A DNA stretch of 64,000 nt from an uncultured Acidobacteriota bacterium (GTDB lineage Bacteria; Acidobacteriota; Thermoanaerobaculia; UBA5066). Positions 19,803-30,358 of the stretch are shown piece after piece; within the stretch, counting starts at the first letter, position 1; every line of letters begins with the position of its first letter. Both the position numbers and the translations under genes were made by a program. The notes under the pieces are model-generated. The model saw only the letters and a program-made list of their open reading frames with translations, ran no database searches and had not been told where the DNA came from. The stretch spans positions 42,074 through 106,073 of the forward strand of contig CAVRJB010000008.1 of the NCBI GenBank assembly GCA_963721385.1, given 5' to 3'.

Positions 19803-20645
19803 TCAGGGGAAGACGGCGACGGGAAACTCCGGCGCCGCGTCCGACGCCACCGCGGCGATCTCCCGGAGCTCGTCATCCGCGAGCGGCGTGATTCCCGGCT
19901 CCATGGTCTCGCGCGCGACCGTGTAGACCTGCACGAGAGAGACACGTCCCCCGGCGTCCCTCACGTCTTTCAGCCGTGCGGCCCACGCCGCGATCTCGCG
20001 GGCCGGCGGCGGCTCGCCCCGGAACCGGAAGAACATCGACTGAACCACGACGGGGTGGCGCTTCGCCGCGGCGGTCAGGTTTGCGAGGACGCGGCCGAAC
20101 GGAACCGACGTCCGGCAGACCGCACGGTAAAACGCCTCGCTCCCCGCATCGAGCTTCACCCAGAACGCCCCGCCGCGGGACGCGAAGAGGTCGTGCGCCT
20201 CCCGCATCCCGGCCCGGTCGAGGCCGCTCCCGTTCGTGATCAGGACGAACGGCACTCGACGGAAGCGCTCGGCGTCGCGGACGTCGAAGAGCCTTCGGGC
20301 GAGCGGCAGGAACTCCGGAAACGTCGAGGGCTCGCCGTCGCCGGCGAAGGCGATGTCGCAGAGCGGCTCCGGCTCCGCGCCGGGCCGGTCCCGGAGAAGT
20401 CGCAGCTCGGCGCCCAGCTCCGCCGCGACCTCCTCCGCGTCGATCGGCGGCCGCCCGGTCGCTTTCGCCATCTCGCGCCGGTCGACGACCTCGCAGTAGA
20501 CGCAGTCGAAGTTGCAGGTCTTCTGCGGGTCGAGGTTGACCCCGAGCGAGAGCCCGCCGCTCCGCCGCGCCCGGACGAGGTAGACGTATCGGTTGAAGCG
20601 GCGCGACCGGGCGTGAAGGGCCGGTACGCGCGGGTCGTGCTCCAC
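19803..20645 (-). CDS. radical SAM protein
   Basis: CNFDCVYC (CxxxCxxC) near the N-terminus. Start set at an in-frame GTG; the earlier ATG would overlap the divergent kinase gene by about 130 nt. Confidence 0.55.
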   Translation of the reverse strand: MEHDPRVPALHARSRRFNRYVYLVRARRSGGLSLGVNLDPQKTCNFDCVYCEVVDRREMAKATGRPPIDAEEVAAELGAELRLLRDRPGAEPEPLCDIAFAGDGEPSTFPEFLPLARRLFDVRDAERFRRVPFVLITNGSGLDRAGMREAHDLFASRGGAFWVKLDAGSEAFYRAVCRTSVPFGRVLANLTAAAKRHPVVVQSMFFRFRGEPPPAREIAAWAARLKDVRDAGGRVSLVQVYTVARETMEPGITPLADDELREIAAVASDAAPEFPVAVFP

Positions 20646-20690
20646 GCCGCGATTGTGCGACGCGGCGCGCGCGCCGTATATCCTTCCGCC

Positions 20691-22655
20691 ATGCCCGTCA
20701 CGTCCGGCACGCTCCTCGGCCGCTACCGCCTTCTCGAGAAGGCGGGGGCCGGCGGCATGTCCGAGGTCTGGAAGGCCGAGGACCAGACGCTGCACCGCAC
20801 GGTCGCGGTGAAGGTGATCCATCCTCCGATCGCCATGGACCCGACCTATCGCGAGCGCTTCCTCCGCGAGGCGCGCCTCGTGGCCGGCCTCGACCACCCG
20901 AATGTTCTCCCCATCTACGACTTCGGGACGGCGGCGATCGACGGCACCGAGGTTTCGTACCTCGTCATGCCGCTCGTGGCGGGAGGAACGCTCAAGGGGC
21001 GGATCACGGGGCCTGTCCCCTTCCCGCTCGCGGTGTCGTGGCTCCATGCCGTCGCACTCGCGCTCGACCACGCGCATTCGAAGGGGATCCTCCACCGTGA
21101 CGTCAAGCCGGGGAACGTTCTCCTCGACTCCCAGGGGCGGCCCATGCTGGCCGACTTCGGCCTTGCCCGCAGCGCCGACAGCCTTTCCTCGGGGCTGACC
21201 CAGACCGGGACCGTTCTCGGGACGCCGCTCTACATGGCCCCCGAGCAGGCTCAGGGCGGAGTGCTCGACGGCCGGGCGGACCAGTACGCCCTCGCGATCA
21301 TCGGCTTCGAGCTCCTGACGGGCCTCGTCCCGTTCCGCGCCGAGTCGCCGCTCGCGGTCCTTCACCAGCACGTCTCGGCCCCGCCCCCGCCGGCCTCGAG
21401 CGTCGTCCCCTCGATTCCTGCCGCGGCCGACGCCGTCCTCGCCCGCGGCCTCGCGAAAACGCCCGCCGGCCGGTTCGGGTCGTGCACCGCCTTCGTGGAG
21501 GCGCTCGGCGCCGCGCTCGGTGTCCCCGTCGTCGCGACGACGCAGCCGGCGCCGCAGCCATTCCCGCCGGCGCCGCCGCCTGCGCCGCCCACCATCGGCA
21601 CCGCCCCGGCGTCCGGCTCCACCTCACAGGCAGCGACCGTCGTCTCGGGCGGCGGCCTCGACCCGCACGCCCGCCTCGCGGCGCCCGCTTCGGTGCCGCC
21701 GCCCCCGGCCGCCCCCTCTCCAACCGCTGCAGCCCCGACCGCCGTCACCGTCCCGGCGGCTCCGCCGAGGCGAGGCGCGCGGACTCTCCTCGCGGCTGGC
21801 GTCGTCCTCCTTGCGCTCGCCGCCGTGGCGCTCTTCGTCCAGCAGCGCCGCGCCACGGCGCCGGTGAAGAGCCCGTCGAAGACGGAGATCGCCGCTTTAC
21901 CGGCTGTCGCTCTGCCGACCGCCGTTCCTCCGACGCCTCTCCCGGCCGAGACCCCCGCTCCGCCGAAGGAGGAGAAGGCCGAGGCCGCTCCGGCGGCTCC
22001 TCCCGCGGCAACCCAGCTGCCGAAGCAAGTGCGCGACGTCTCGGCCTCGCGCGGGCCGGTTCCCTCGCCTCCGGCGCCGCCGGCCGTTCCCCGGCTCCCC
22101 CGCCCGGAGTCTCTCCTCGGCACCGCGGCGCAGTCAGGCGACACGCGCCTCGCCGAGGCGTATCACGCGCTCGACAACTCGCGCCGGCGCCGCCTGACCC
22201 GCGAGGACTTCGTCAACGCGATGGGGGCGGCGCGCGAGGTCCTCGCCACGCGCCCCTCGAACGAGGTGAAGGTCCTGGACGCCTTCACCCGCGCCGGCGT
22301 CGCCTTCAGCGACGGGAACGACGCGGAAGCGTGGCAGCTCCTGAACCGCGCCTTCGACCTGGCTCCCGGCCTCGCCCGGGGCCGCGTCCTCGGCTTCGTC
22401 GACCGCGAGATGCGGTCGCTCGGCCCCACCCCGGGTCCCGACGGAGCGTGGGTGCTGGGGCTCGCCTTCTGCGACGTGCGCGGCGACCTCTCCGAGGAGC
22501 TCGGAAAGGCGCTCGGGCGCTCCCCCGACTCCGCCCGCGCCCACTACGCCGCGGCGCTCGCCGCGTGGCAGGCCGGCCGCGCCGCCGACGCCGCGCGCGA
22601 GGCCCGAAGGGCCTGCGAGCACGGCCTCGGCGACGCCTGCAGCCTGATTCCCTAG
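20691..22655 (+). CDS. serine/threonine protein kinase (Hanks type) with Pro/Ala-rich linker, one TM helix and extracytoplasmic C-terminal domain
   Basis: Motifs GAGGMSEV, AVK, HRDVKPGN, DFG and APE, then a TM segment (LLAAGVVLLALAAVALFV). Confidence 0.85.
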   Translation: MPVTSGTLLGRYRLLEKAGAGGMSEVWKAEDQTLHRTVAVKVIHPPIAMDPTYRERFLREARLVAGLDHPNVLPIYDFGTAAIDGTEVSYLVMPLVAGGTLKGRITGPVPFPLAVSWLHAVALALDHAHSKGILHRDVKPGNVLLDSQGRPMLADFGLARSADSLSSGLTQTGTVLGTPLYMAPEQAQGGVLDGRADQYALAIIGFELLTGLVPFRAESPLAVLHQHVSAPPPPASSVVPSIPAAADAVLARGLAKTPAGRFGSCTAFVEALGAALGVPVVATTQPAPQPFPPAPPPAPPTIGTAPASGSTSQAATVVSGGGLDPHARLAAPASVPPPPAAPSPTAAAPTAVTVPAAPPRRGARTLLAAGVVLLALAAVALFVQQRRATAPVKSPSKTEIAALPAVALPTAVPPTPLPAETPAPPKEEKAEAAPAAPPAATQLPKQVRDVSASRGPVPSPPAPPAVPRLPRPESLLGTAAQSGDTRLAEAYHALDNSRRRRLTREDFVNAMGAAREVLATRPSNEVKVLDAFTRAGVAFSDGNDAEAWQLLNRAFDLAPGLARGRVLGFVDREMRSLGPTPGPDGAWVLGLAFCDVRGDLSEELGKALGRSPDSARAHYAAALAAWQAGRAADAAREARRACEHGLGDACSLIP

Positions 22656-23574
22656 TTCTTTATTGCGTCGCCCGGCTTGAACCCGGAGCCGGAGACAACC
22701 GTCGCCGTGGAGAGCCGCGGCCCCATGATCTTGTCGACCCTCAGGCGGCCGACCTTCGTCTCGTTCTGCCCGAGGACTTCGCCCGAGTCCGGGTCCTTGA
22801 TCGGAGCGCCCATCCGCATCACGTTGAACTCCTCGCCTTCCTTCACGCCCGCCTCGGAGCCGACGTTCAGGTAGATCGTTCCCCGCCGTCGACCTTGGCG
22901 ATCTTTCCGGCCACCCCCGACGCGTCGCCCGAGCCGCCGGTGCCGCTCGTCGCGAGCGACTTCTGGGCGAGCGAGTCGGCGAGCTTCGTGACGACCGGGC
23001 GAACCAGCGAGTCGAGCTTCCGCTGGTCGTCCACGCCGCCGCCGGCCCCCGCCACGTAGACCTTCGAGCTGGAGGTCTCCTCCTTGGCCGAGTCGGCCCA
23101 GAGGATCTCGCCCGTCGTCGTCGAGAAGGCGCGCGCGTCGATGGCGCACTCCATCTTCGAGACACCCACGTTGACGCTCGGGATCCCACGGATCCACGGC
23201 GTATTGACGTTCGTCTTCTGCGCGCCGAGCTCGGTCAGGGCGCCGGCGATGATGTACTCGACGCCGAGGAGCTTCCCGATCTTCATGGCCGTCTTCTGGT
23301 CAATGTCGCCAGAGAGCGTGAGGTTCTTCTCCTGCATGATCGCGGCGAGCTGCTCGCGCTCGATGACGCGGTATTTCCCCGACTTGACGAGCGCGGTCAC
23401 GAACATGTCCTGGGCCTGGGTTCCCGCGTGGTACCAGCCCCAGCTCCAGCCCGAGACCTTGTTCTTGAACTCGATGACCGCCACGCGGGGCTTGGCCTGC
23501 GCGAAGGCCGGGCCCGCGGCCGCGAGGGCCAGGGCGCCTGAAACGAGGAAACCGGCAATCCGGGTCGCTCTCAT
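22652..23574 (-). CDS. CsgG family curli-type secretion lipoprotein; apparent -1 frameshift in a C/G homopolymer near 22882
   Basis: Signal peptide plus CsgG core in frame of ORF 22867..23610. The conserved C-terminus (GTIYLNVGSEAGVKEG...GDAIKN) continues in the frame of ORF 22652..23197. One extra G in a GGGG run would restore a continuous ...AKVDGGGTIYLNVG... reading. Confidence 0.7.
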
Positions 23575-23632
23575 GTCTTTCTCCTCCCTGTGGTGTTTCG
23601 AGACGCACATTCTAGACGCTTAGACTCGGCGG

Positions 23633-23977
23633 GTGGGAGAGAGCCGTGACGGCCCGCCCGGCGGACCCGGGGCGCCCCCGCCCCCCGTCGAGATCCCGAT
23701 CGAGGACGCCCTCGACCTCCACCCGTTCCGGCCCGCCGAGACGGCTGCCGTCGTCGCCGACTACGTGGAGGCGGCCGCGGCGCGCGGCTTCTCCGAGGTC
23801 CGGATCGTCCACGGCCGGGGCGCGGGGGTGCAGCGCCGCATCGTCCGGGCAGCCCTCGCCCGCTCGCCGTTCGTCGTCTCGTTCGCCGACGCGACCCCCG
23901 ACCGCGGAGGCTGGGGTGCGACCGTGGCCGTCCTCCGGCCGGGCCCGGGATGTCCCGCGTTGACGCGCGCCCGGTGA
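23633..23977 (+). CDS. Smr domain protein
   Basis: LDLHPF...VRIVHGRGAGVQRR matches the Smr/MutS2 C-terminal domain pattern. Confidence 0.6.
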   Translation: MGESRDGPPGGPGAPPPPVEIPIEDALDLHPFRPAETAAVVADYVEAAAARGFSEVRIVHGRGAGVQRRIVRAALARSPFVVSFADATPDRGGWGATVAVLRPGPGCPALTRAR

Positions 23978-24025
23978 ATTAGACTGCCCCTCGTGAAAAA
24001 TCTGACGCCTGCGCCAGGGAAGCGG

Positions 24026-25087
24026 ATGACGGCCATCCGGGGTTCCGGCATGCACGTTCCCTCTCAGGTGGTCACGAACGAAATGATGTCGAGGATCATG
24101 GAGACTTCGGACGACTGGATCGTCCCGAGGACCGGAATCCGCGAGCGACACTTCGCTCCGCCGGACGTCGGCTCGGCGGCGCTCGGCGTGAAGGCCGCCG
24201 AGGCGGCGCTCGCCGATGCGGGCCTGACCGCGTCCGACATCGACTTCGTCATCTTCGCCACGATGACGCCCGACCTCTACTTCCCCGGAAACGGCGGCCT
24301 TCTCGCGCGGGACCTCGGGATGAAGACGACGCACGCCCTCGACATCCGGATGCAGTGCGCGGGTTTTCTCTCGGGCCTCCAGACGGCCGACGCCTTCATC
24401 CGCTCGGGGATGTACGACCGGATCCTCCTCGTCGGCGCCGAGGTCCACAGCGGCCTGATGCCGTGGCCCGAGTCGGTCTGGGACGTGATGCTCGGGAAGT
24501 CCCCCGGGCCCTGCGATCCCGACTGGTACCGGAAGGTGACGGCGCTGCGCGACCGGGCCGTGCTCTTCGGGGACGCCGCCGGCGCCTTTGTCCTCGAGTC
24601 GAACGAGTCGGGCGACGGGCGCGGGCTCCTCTCCTTCGCGATGTACACCGACGGCGCGCACTGGGACAAGCTCCACGTCCCCGGCGTCGGCTGCCGGTTC
24701 CGTCCGTATGTCACCCACGAAATGGTCGAACGGCTGGAATCCGTTCCGATCGTCGAGGGCCGCCAGGTCTTCCGCCTCGCCGTTCAGCTGATGCCGACCG
24801 CCGTGATGGCGGTGCTCGGCGCGAACGGGAAGACGCTCGACGACCTCGACCTCCTTCTGATGCACCAGGCGAACCTCCGGATCAACGAGGCGGCCCAGAA
24901 GGCTCTCGGGCTCCCGGACGAGAAGGTCTTCAACAACATCGAGAAGTACGGCAACACGACGGCCGCGACGCTCCCGATGGCCTTCCACGAGGCGAAGCTC
25001 GAGGGCCGGGCGAAAGCCGGGGACCTCGTCGTCTTCACGGCTCTCGGCGCCGGGCTCCACTGGGGGGCGGCGCTGGCGCGCGTCTAG
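24026..25087 (+). CDS. 3-oxoacyl-ACP synthase III (FabH-like KAS III)
   Basis: Cys-His-Asn triad context (MQCAGFLSGL, HQANLRI, GNTTAATLP). 353 aa from the internal ATG. Confidence 0.75.
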   Translation: MTAIRGSGMHVPSQVVTNEMMSRIMETSDDWIVPRTGIRERHFAPPDVGSAALGVKAAEAALADAGLTASDIDFVIFATMTPDLYFPGNGGLLARDLGMKTTHALDIRMQCAGFLSGLQTADAFIRSGMYDRILLVGAEVHSGLMPWPESVWDVMLGKSPGPCDPDWYRKVTALRDRAVLFGDAAGAFVLESNESGDGRGLLSFAMYTDGAHWDKLHVPGVGCRFRPYVTHEMVERLESVPIVEGRQVFRLAVQLMPTAVMAVLGANGKTLDDLDLLLMHQANLRINEAAQKALGLPDEKVFNNIEKYGNTTAATLPMAFHEAKLEGRAKAGDLVVFTALGAGLHWGAALARV

Positions 25088-26544
25088 CCGGCGGGCTGCT
25101 CCCGGAGCTTCGCGACCGCCTCGGCGGGCTCGGCGAGGAGGGCGGCGCGGCGGCGGGCCCGCGCGGCCAGCTCGGGAGTGGTCCCGGGGACGCCGGCTCG
25201 GATCTCCAGCGTCTCCGCGGAGCGGGCGAGCGCTCCGGTCACTTCGAGCGCGAACGACTCGCCCGCCTCGGTCTCGAGGCCCTTCCGGTCCGCGATCCGG
25301 ACGACGCCCGCGAGGCCGTGGATCAAGACCGGCAGCAGCGCCGGTTCGCGGTCGAGATCGAGGAGCAGGCGGCCGATCACCCGCTCGACGGGGTGCCAGA
25401 GGACGCGCGTGAAGGCACCGTCGTCCCGCTCGACGTCCTCCCGCATCCAGGCGACGAGCGCCGCGGTCCACGGCCCGACGCTCGCCGCCTCGGCCCCCGC
25501 CGACGTGACGATCCGGGCGATCGGGCGCATGGCGCGGTCGGCCGCGCCGTCGAAGAGGCCCGCCCGGGCCACGTCCCTCATCGCGCCGACGAAGGAGCGG
25601 GCGGCGTTCCCGACGAATTGCTCCATCCCCTTCTCCCGCCCGGCGAGGAGGAGGCCGCACCACCCGTCGAAGTAGGCGAAGGCGACGGAGGGAGACCCGC
25701 GGCGGACGACGGGCACGCGCAACTCGGCGAACCAGGGCGTCACGAGGAGCTGGTAGATCCGGTCGTGCGGTTCGCGCGCCAGCTCGGCGAGCCGCCGGGC
25801 GACGAGCGAGACCGACGTCGTCACGACGGAGGCGGGGCTCTGGGCGACCACGGTCTCCAGCACGTCATGGACGGTGACGAGAGGGTCGTCCGCCTCGCCC
25901 GGCGCGATCCGGAAGGCGAAGATGAGGTCGTTCAGCGTATCGGCGCGGCCGCGCTCGGTGGCGTCGACGCCGAGGAGCCGCCGCTCCCGCGCCTCGAGAT
26001 ACGGGGCGTCCACCTGCGCCAGCGCGGCACCGAGGAGCCGCTCCTGCGTCAGGAGGGTCGGAATCGTCCGGAAGAGGCGGACGAGGGCGACGATCACCGC
26101 CCCGAACTGCAGGTAGCCGCCGAACGAGAGGAGGAAGACCGTCGTGGCGCTGTGAGAGACCCGCGGCAGGTGCGAGAGGAGGAGCGCGAGGCAACAGGCG
26201 AGGATCGTCACGATCGCGCCCGTCTGCGCGAGGCGGAAATCGGGGTCCTTGAGGACGATGGCTCCGAGGTGCGAGCGCTGGACCGACGTGCCGAGCGTCA
26301 TCGAGAGGATCAGCACCGAGCCCGCGACCGCCATGATCCCGGCGAGGACGGACGCCATCGTCGCGAGGAGGTAGGTGAACGGCGCCATGTCCTCGGCCGG
26401 GATCGGGCTCGCCGCAGGTAAGACGAAGACCGAAAGCGCCGAGGCGAGCTGGAGGACGAGCCCGCTCGCGAGAATCGCGAGGAGGACTTTTCGCGTCCGG
26501 GCGTCGGCCGCCTCTTTGGCGGTCCGGGCAGCACGCTCCGCCAT
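25084..26544 (-). CDS. hypothetical membrane protein (N-terminal TM bundle + large soluble domain)
   Basis: 486 aa; the start was counted back from the stop to the first sensible ATG. No family recognised. Confidence 0.45.
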   Translation of the reverse strand: MAERAARTAKEAADARTRKVLLAILASGLVLQLASALSVFVLPAASPIPAEDMAPFTYLLATMASVLAGIMAVAGSVLILSMTLGTSVQRSHLGAIVLKDPDFRLAQTGAIVTILACCLALLLSHLPRVSHSATTVFLLSFGGYLQFGAVIVALVRLFRTIPTLLTQERLLGAALAQVDAPYLEARERRLLGVDATERGRADTLNDLIFAFRIAPGEADDPLVTVHDVLETVVAQSPASVVTTSVSLVARRLAELAREPHDRIYQLLVTPWFAELRVPVVRRGSPSVAFAYFDGWCGLLLAGREKGMEQFVGNAARSFVGAMRDVARAGLFDGAADRAMRPIARIVTSAGAEAASVGPWTAALVAWMREDVERDDGAFTRVLWHPVERVIGRLLLDLDREPALLPVLIHGLAGVVRIADRKGLETEAGESFALEVTGALARSAETLEIRAGVPGTTPELAARARRRAALLAEPAEAVAKLREQPAG

Positions 26545-26549
26545 CGGGC

Positions 26550-27554
26550 TCAGGCCGCCGGCCGGATCGCGACCGACGACCCGACCCACGTGAAGTCCTT
26601 GTTGAAGTCGACACCGAGCATCTTTCCGCGCGAGAGCCGACAGAGGTTCAGCCCCAGCGTCAGCCGGCTCTCCCCCTCGGGGCGGTAGAACATCATCCGG
26701 ACCTCCACCTTCACGCCCCCTCCGTCGGCCGCGGCGAGGCACGGAGCGTATGAGATCTTCTCCTGCAGACACCATGCGTCGCGCTCGGAGGCGGGAATCC
26801 TCTCGACGTCGGCGCGCGTCGGCTCCACGTTGACGCCCCCGCCCGCGAAGGAAAAGAGGGGCTTCAGGACGTAGCGCTCCTTCACGTCGGCCGGGATCGC
26901 CGTGAGCGCGGAGAGCACGGTCGCCTTCGGGATCGCCGGGTGCGACAGGAGGGGAATCGACGCCTTCGACCAGGCCCAGTACCAGTTCGGATGCGGGACC
27001 CACGTCACGTCGAGCGGCTCCCGGTAGTCGAACGGAAGCGCGGCGTTCTCCTTGATCAGCTCGTCGAAGACGACCCGGTTGTAGATCCGCTCGACCGGCA
27101 CCCGCTTTCCGTCCCTCACCCGGACGAGTCTCCGCCCTTCCTTCACCAGGTCTCGCGGGTCGACGGCATCGACGCCGAGGAGCTTCTTCGTCGCGGCGAA
27201 GTCGACGTACGTCTTCTGCTTCCCGGGATGAAGGTCGAGGAGGACGACGCGCTCCGGGTCGTGTTGGCCGACGATCGTCCGGCGAAAGAGATCGAGGAAG
27301 CCATCGCGCGACAGGCCGGAGAAGTAAGGGCTCCACGCCGTCTCCGGGAGGCCGGGGATCCCCTTCAGGCACTCGTCCCAGACGTCGGACTGGAGAACCT
27401 CGAAGGCGGAGAGGGAGGGAAAGCCCTGGAGCTCGATGAGGCGCGGGACCAGCCGGCCGGACGCGTCCTCGACGACCGCGAGGTCCACCTGCGCCACCTC
27501 GGGGAGCGCCTCCATTCCCGGAGCGTTCCACTCGGGTGGGATGTGCGCCTTCAT
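26550..27554 (-). CDS. circularly permuted ATP-grasp-like protein (possible N-terminal extension to about 27768 lost by a frameshift)
   Basis: RVPVERIYNRVVFDEL...KPLFSFAGGGVNV resembles the CP_ATPgrasp family. A protein-like 71-aa ORF upstream in another frame could be joined by removing one nucleotide. Confidence 0.4.
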   Translation of the reverse strand: MKAHIPPEWNAPGMEALPEVAQVDLAVVEDASGRLVPRLIELQGFPSLSAFEVLQSDVWDECLKGIPGLPETAWSPYFSGLSRDGFLDLFRRTIVGQHDPERVVLLDLHPGKQKTYVDFAATKKLLGVDAVDPRDLVKEGRRLVRVRDGKRVPVERIYNRVVFDELIKENAALPFDYREPLDVTWVPHPNWYWAWSKASIPLLSHPAIPKATVLSALTAIPADVKERYVLKPLFSFAGGGVNVEPTRADVERIPASERDAWCLQEKISYAPCLAAADGGGVKVEVRMMFYRPEGESRLTLGLNLCRLSRGKMLGVDFNKDFTWVGSSVAIRPAA

Positions 27555-27873
27555 CGCCAGCCATGCGGCCCGGGTCGGAGAGCTCGGCGACGAGTTCCTC
27601 GGCCGTCGTGACCAGCTGATTCTCGAGGTCCTTCGTCAGAAAGACCGGCGTCTCCGCGAGCCGGAATCCCGCCGCCGCGCCGGCGCGCGTGGCCAGCGTC
27701 TCCGCCTGGCGGCGGTAGAGGTCGTCGGTGAAGGCCGCGTTGAACGCGTGCCGGAACCCGGGATGCACTGGGGGCGGAGTCTAACCTCCGCCGTCCCCGA
27801 ACCGGGTCCCGGAGGTCGCACGACCCGGCAGGCTCCGCTGACGCGGCGCGCCGTTCCGGCTTAAGCTCCCCGC

Positions 27874-28368
27874 ATGGCGACAGCTCCGAAACCCCTCGTC
27901 GGCGTCGTGATGGGCAGCCGCTCCGACTGGGAGACGATGAAGTTCACGGATGAGGTGCTGACCCGGTTCGGCGTTCCGCACGAGTGCCGCGTCCTTTCGG
28001 CCCACCGAAGTCCGAAACTGACGACCGCATACGCCCTGGCCGCCGAAAAGCGCGGCCTCGCGGTGATCATCGCGGCCGCCGGCGGCGCTGCCCACCTGGC
28101 CGGCGTTCTGGCGGCCCACACCGTCGTGCCCGTTCTCGGCGTCCCGATGGAAAGCGCGTCGCTGAAGGGTCTCGACTCCCTTCTCTCGACGGTTCAGATG
28201 CCCGGCGGGGTTCCCGTGGGGACGCTCGGAATCGGGAAGCCCGGCGCCACGAACGCCGCACTCCTCGCCGTCGCCATCCTCGCGGCGGGTGACGCCTCCC
28301 TCAAGGCGAAACTCCGGAGGTTCCGTGTCGACCAGGAGAAAGCGGTCCGGACGCAGACTCTCCCCTGA
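27874..28368 (+). CDS. purE: 5-(carboxyamino)imidazole ribonucleotide mutase
   Basis: VGVVMGSRSDWETM...AAGGAAHLAG motifs. 164 aa. Confidence 0.9.
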   Translation: MATAPKPLVGVVMGSRSDWETMKFTDEVLTRFGVPHECRVLSAHRSPKLTTAYALAAEKRGLAVIIAAAGGAAHLAGVLAAHTVVPVLGVPMESASLKGLDSLLSTVQMPGGVPVGTLGIGKPGATNAALLAVAILAAGDASLKAKLRRFRVDQEKAVRTQTLP

Positions 28369-28390
28369 GCGGGTCGAAAGGAAGGGGTTC

Positions 28391-28909
28391 ATGAAGAAGC
28401 TCGTCCCGCTTGCCGCTCTCGCCGTTCTCGCGAGCGTCGCCGCCTTCGCCGCCGCGATTCCCGAGACGCTGAAGCCCGAGGAGGCGCCGAACTACTACCG
28501 CGTCTCCCCGCAGCTCGCGACCGCGGGCCAGCCTTCGCCCGAGGTCCTGAAAAAGGCGAAGGAGCTCGGCTTCGTCACGGCCGTGAACATCCGGACGCCG
28601 CAGGAAGGGATCGAGGCCGACCGAAAGGTCCTCGAGGCGCTCGGAATCCGATTCGTCAGCGTCCCCGTGACGCCCGACACCTTCAGCCTCGCCGACGCGA
28701 AGGCCGTGGCCGCCGTCCTCGACGACCCGAAGGCCGGGCCCGTCCTCTTCTACTGCAGCTCTTCGAACCGGGTCGGCGGCGTCTGGGCGGTCGTCCAGGC
28801 GCTCCACGGAAAGAGCGACGAGGACGCGCTGGCCGACGGGAAGAAGGCCGGGCTGAAGAGCCCGTCGATGGTCGACGCAACGAAGCGGGTCCTCAAAGAG
28901 GCCCGCTGA
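28391..28909 (+). CDS. secreted DUF442-like (protein-tyrosine-phosphatase / sulfurtransferase fold) protein
   Basis: Signal peptide and a CSSSNRVGG (CX5R-like) loop. Confidence 0.5.
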   Translation: MKKLVPLAALAVLASVAAFAAAIPETLKPEEAPNYYRVSPQLATAGQPSPEVLKKAKELGFVTAVNIRTPQEGIEADRKVLEALGIRFVSVPVTPDTFSLADAKAVAAVLDDPKAGPVLFYCSSSNRVGGVWAVVQALHGKSDEDALADGKKAGLKSPSMVDATKRVLKEAR

Positions 28910-28913
28910 CGCT

Positions 28914-30349
28914 TCAGGCGGCCAGGGCGTCGACGACGCGCTCGAGCTTCATCCCGCGGCTCCCCTTGACGAGCACGGCGTCGCCGGCCAGGAGACGGGG
29001 GCGCAGCCAGCCAAGAAGGGGCTCGATCTCGAGAAAATGCGCGGCCTCGGTCCGCCCGCCCTTTGCCGCCTCGAACGCGGCCGCGGAGCGGGGGCCGAAG
29101 AAGGCGAGGAGCTCCGCCGATTCCGCCGCCCGCTCGCCGAGCGCGCGGTGCTCGGCCTCCTCGCCGGTCCCGAGCTCCAGCATGTCGCCGAGAACGGCCA
29201 CCGCGCGCCCCCGGCCCGCGACGGAGCGAAGCATCCGGAGCGCGGCCTCCATCGACGACGGGTTCGCGTTATAGCAGTCGTCGAGAAGAATGAGCCCGGA
29301 CGCGGTCTCCACGATCCGGGACCGGTGGGAGTAAGGCCGTGCCGCCGAGAGCCCGGCGGCGATTTCTTCGAACGAACAGGAAAGCGAAAGGGCCAGCGCC
29401 GCCGCGGCGGTCGCATTCATGGCGTTGTGTTCCCCCACGAACGCAAGCCGAACGATGACTCTGCTCCGCTGTAGGTTGGAACCTCGCCGCAATCGGACTG
29501 CTCCGGTGTCCCCCTCCCCCTCTTCCCCTTCTAAGCAAATTTCCTGGCCTTCCACCCCGAGAGGCGTGACCCGAAGCAGACGGACGTCGGCCCCCGGACT
29601 CTTACCAAAAGAAATCCTCCGAACTCCCGCCCGGCCCGCTCCGCCTGCGCGACGCAGCGCGGGTCGTCGGCATTGACGACGGCGACGGCCCCCGGACGAA
29701 GCGCGCGGTAGAGCTCCCCTTCCGCCTCCGCAACGCCGTCGAGGTCCTTCAGGAACTCGAGGTGCTCTGCCGCGACGAGCGTGACGAGGCCAGCGTCCGG
29801 CTTCGCCATCGCCGCGAGCCGCGCGAGCTCGCCGGGATTCGACATTCCGAGCTCGACGACGGCGGCGCGGTGCTCTTCCCCGAGCCGGAGGAGCGTCAGC
29901 GGGACGCCGACCTCGTTGTTCAGGTTTCCCTCGGTCGCGAGCGCGGGGCCTCGCGTCCGGAGGATCGCCGCGGCCATCTCCTTCGTCGTCGTCTTGCCGT
30001 TCGAGCCGGCCACGGCGCCGACGGGGATTGCGAAGCGGGCGCGGTGGAACCGCGCGAGCGCGCCGAGCGCCGCGAGCGTGTCGTCCACCTCGACGAGCGC
30101 ACCCGTCGCCGGTACGGCGGGGAGGGACGCGCCCCGCCGGACGACCGCCCCGGCCGCCCCTTTCGCGAACGCGTCGGAGAGGAAGTCGTGCGCGTCGAAC
30201 CGGTCTCCCTGGAGCGCCACGAAGAGGGCGCCCGGCGTCACGGTCCGCGTGTCGGTCGAGACGCCGTCGAAGACGGGGTGCGCCCCGGGACGAACGAGCC
30301 GTCCGCCCGTCGCCTCCACGACCTCCTGCTCCGTGAAACGAGCCGTCAC
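28914..30349 (-). CDS. murF: UDP-N-acetylmuramoyl-tripeptide--D-alanyl-D-alanine ligase MurF; apparent frameshift near 29650
   Basis: The N-terminal and central domains are in ORF 29531..30349 (GSNGKTTTKEM, Mur ligase P-loop). The C-terminal domain (GEHNAMNATAAAA...) is in the frame of ORF 28914..31103. The break sits at a short homopolymer, and because the gene is essential this is most likely an assembly indel. Confidence 0.75.
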
Positions 30350-30358
30350 GGCGCCGCC

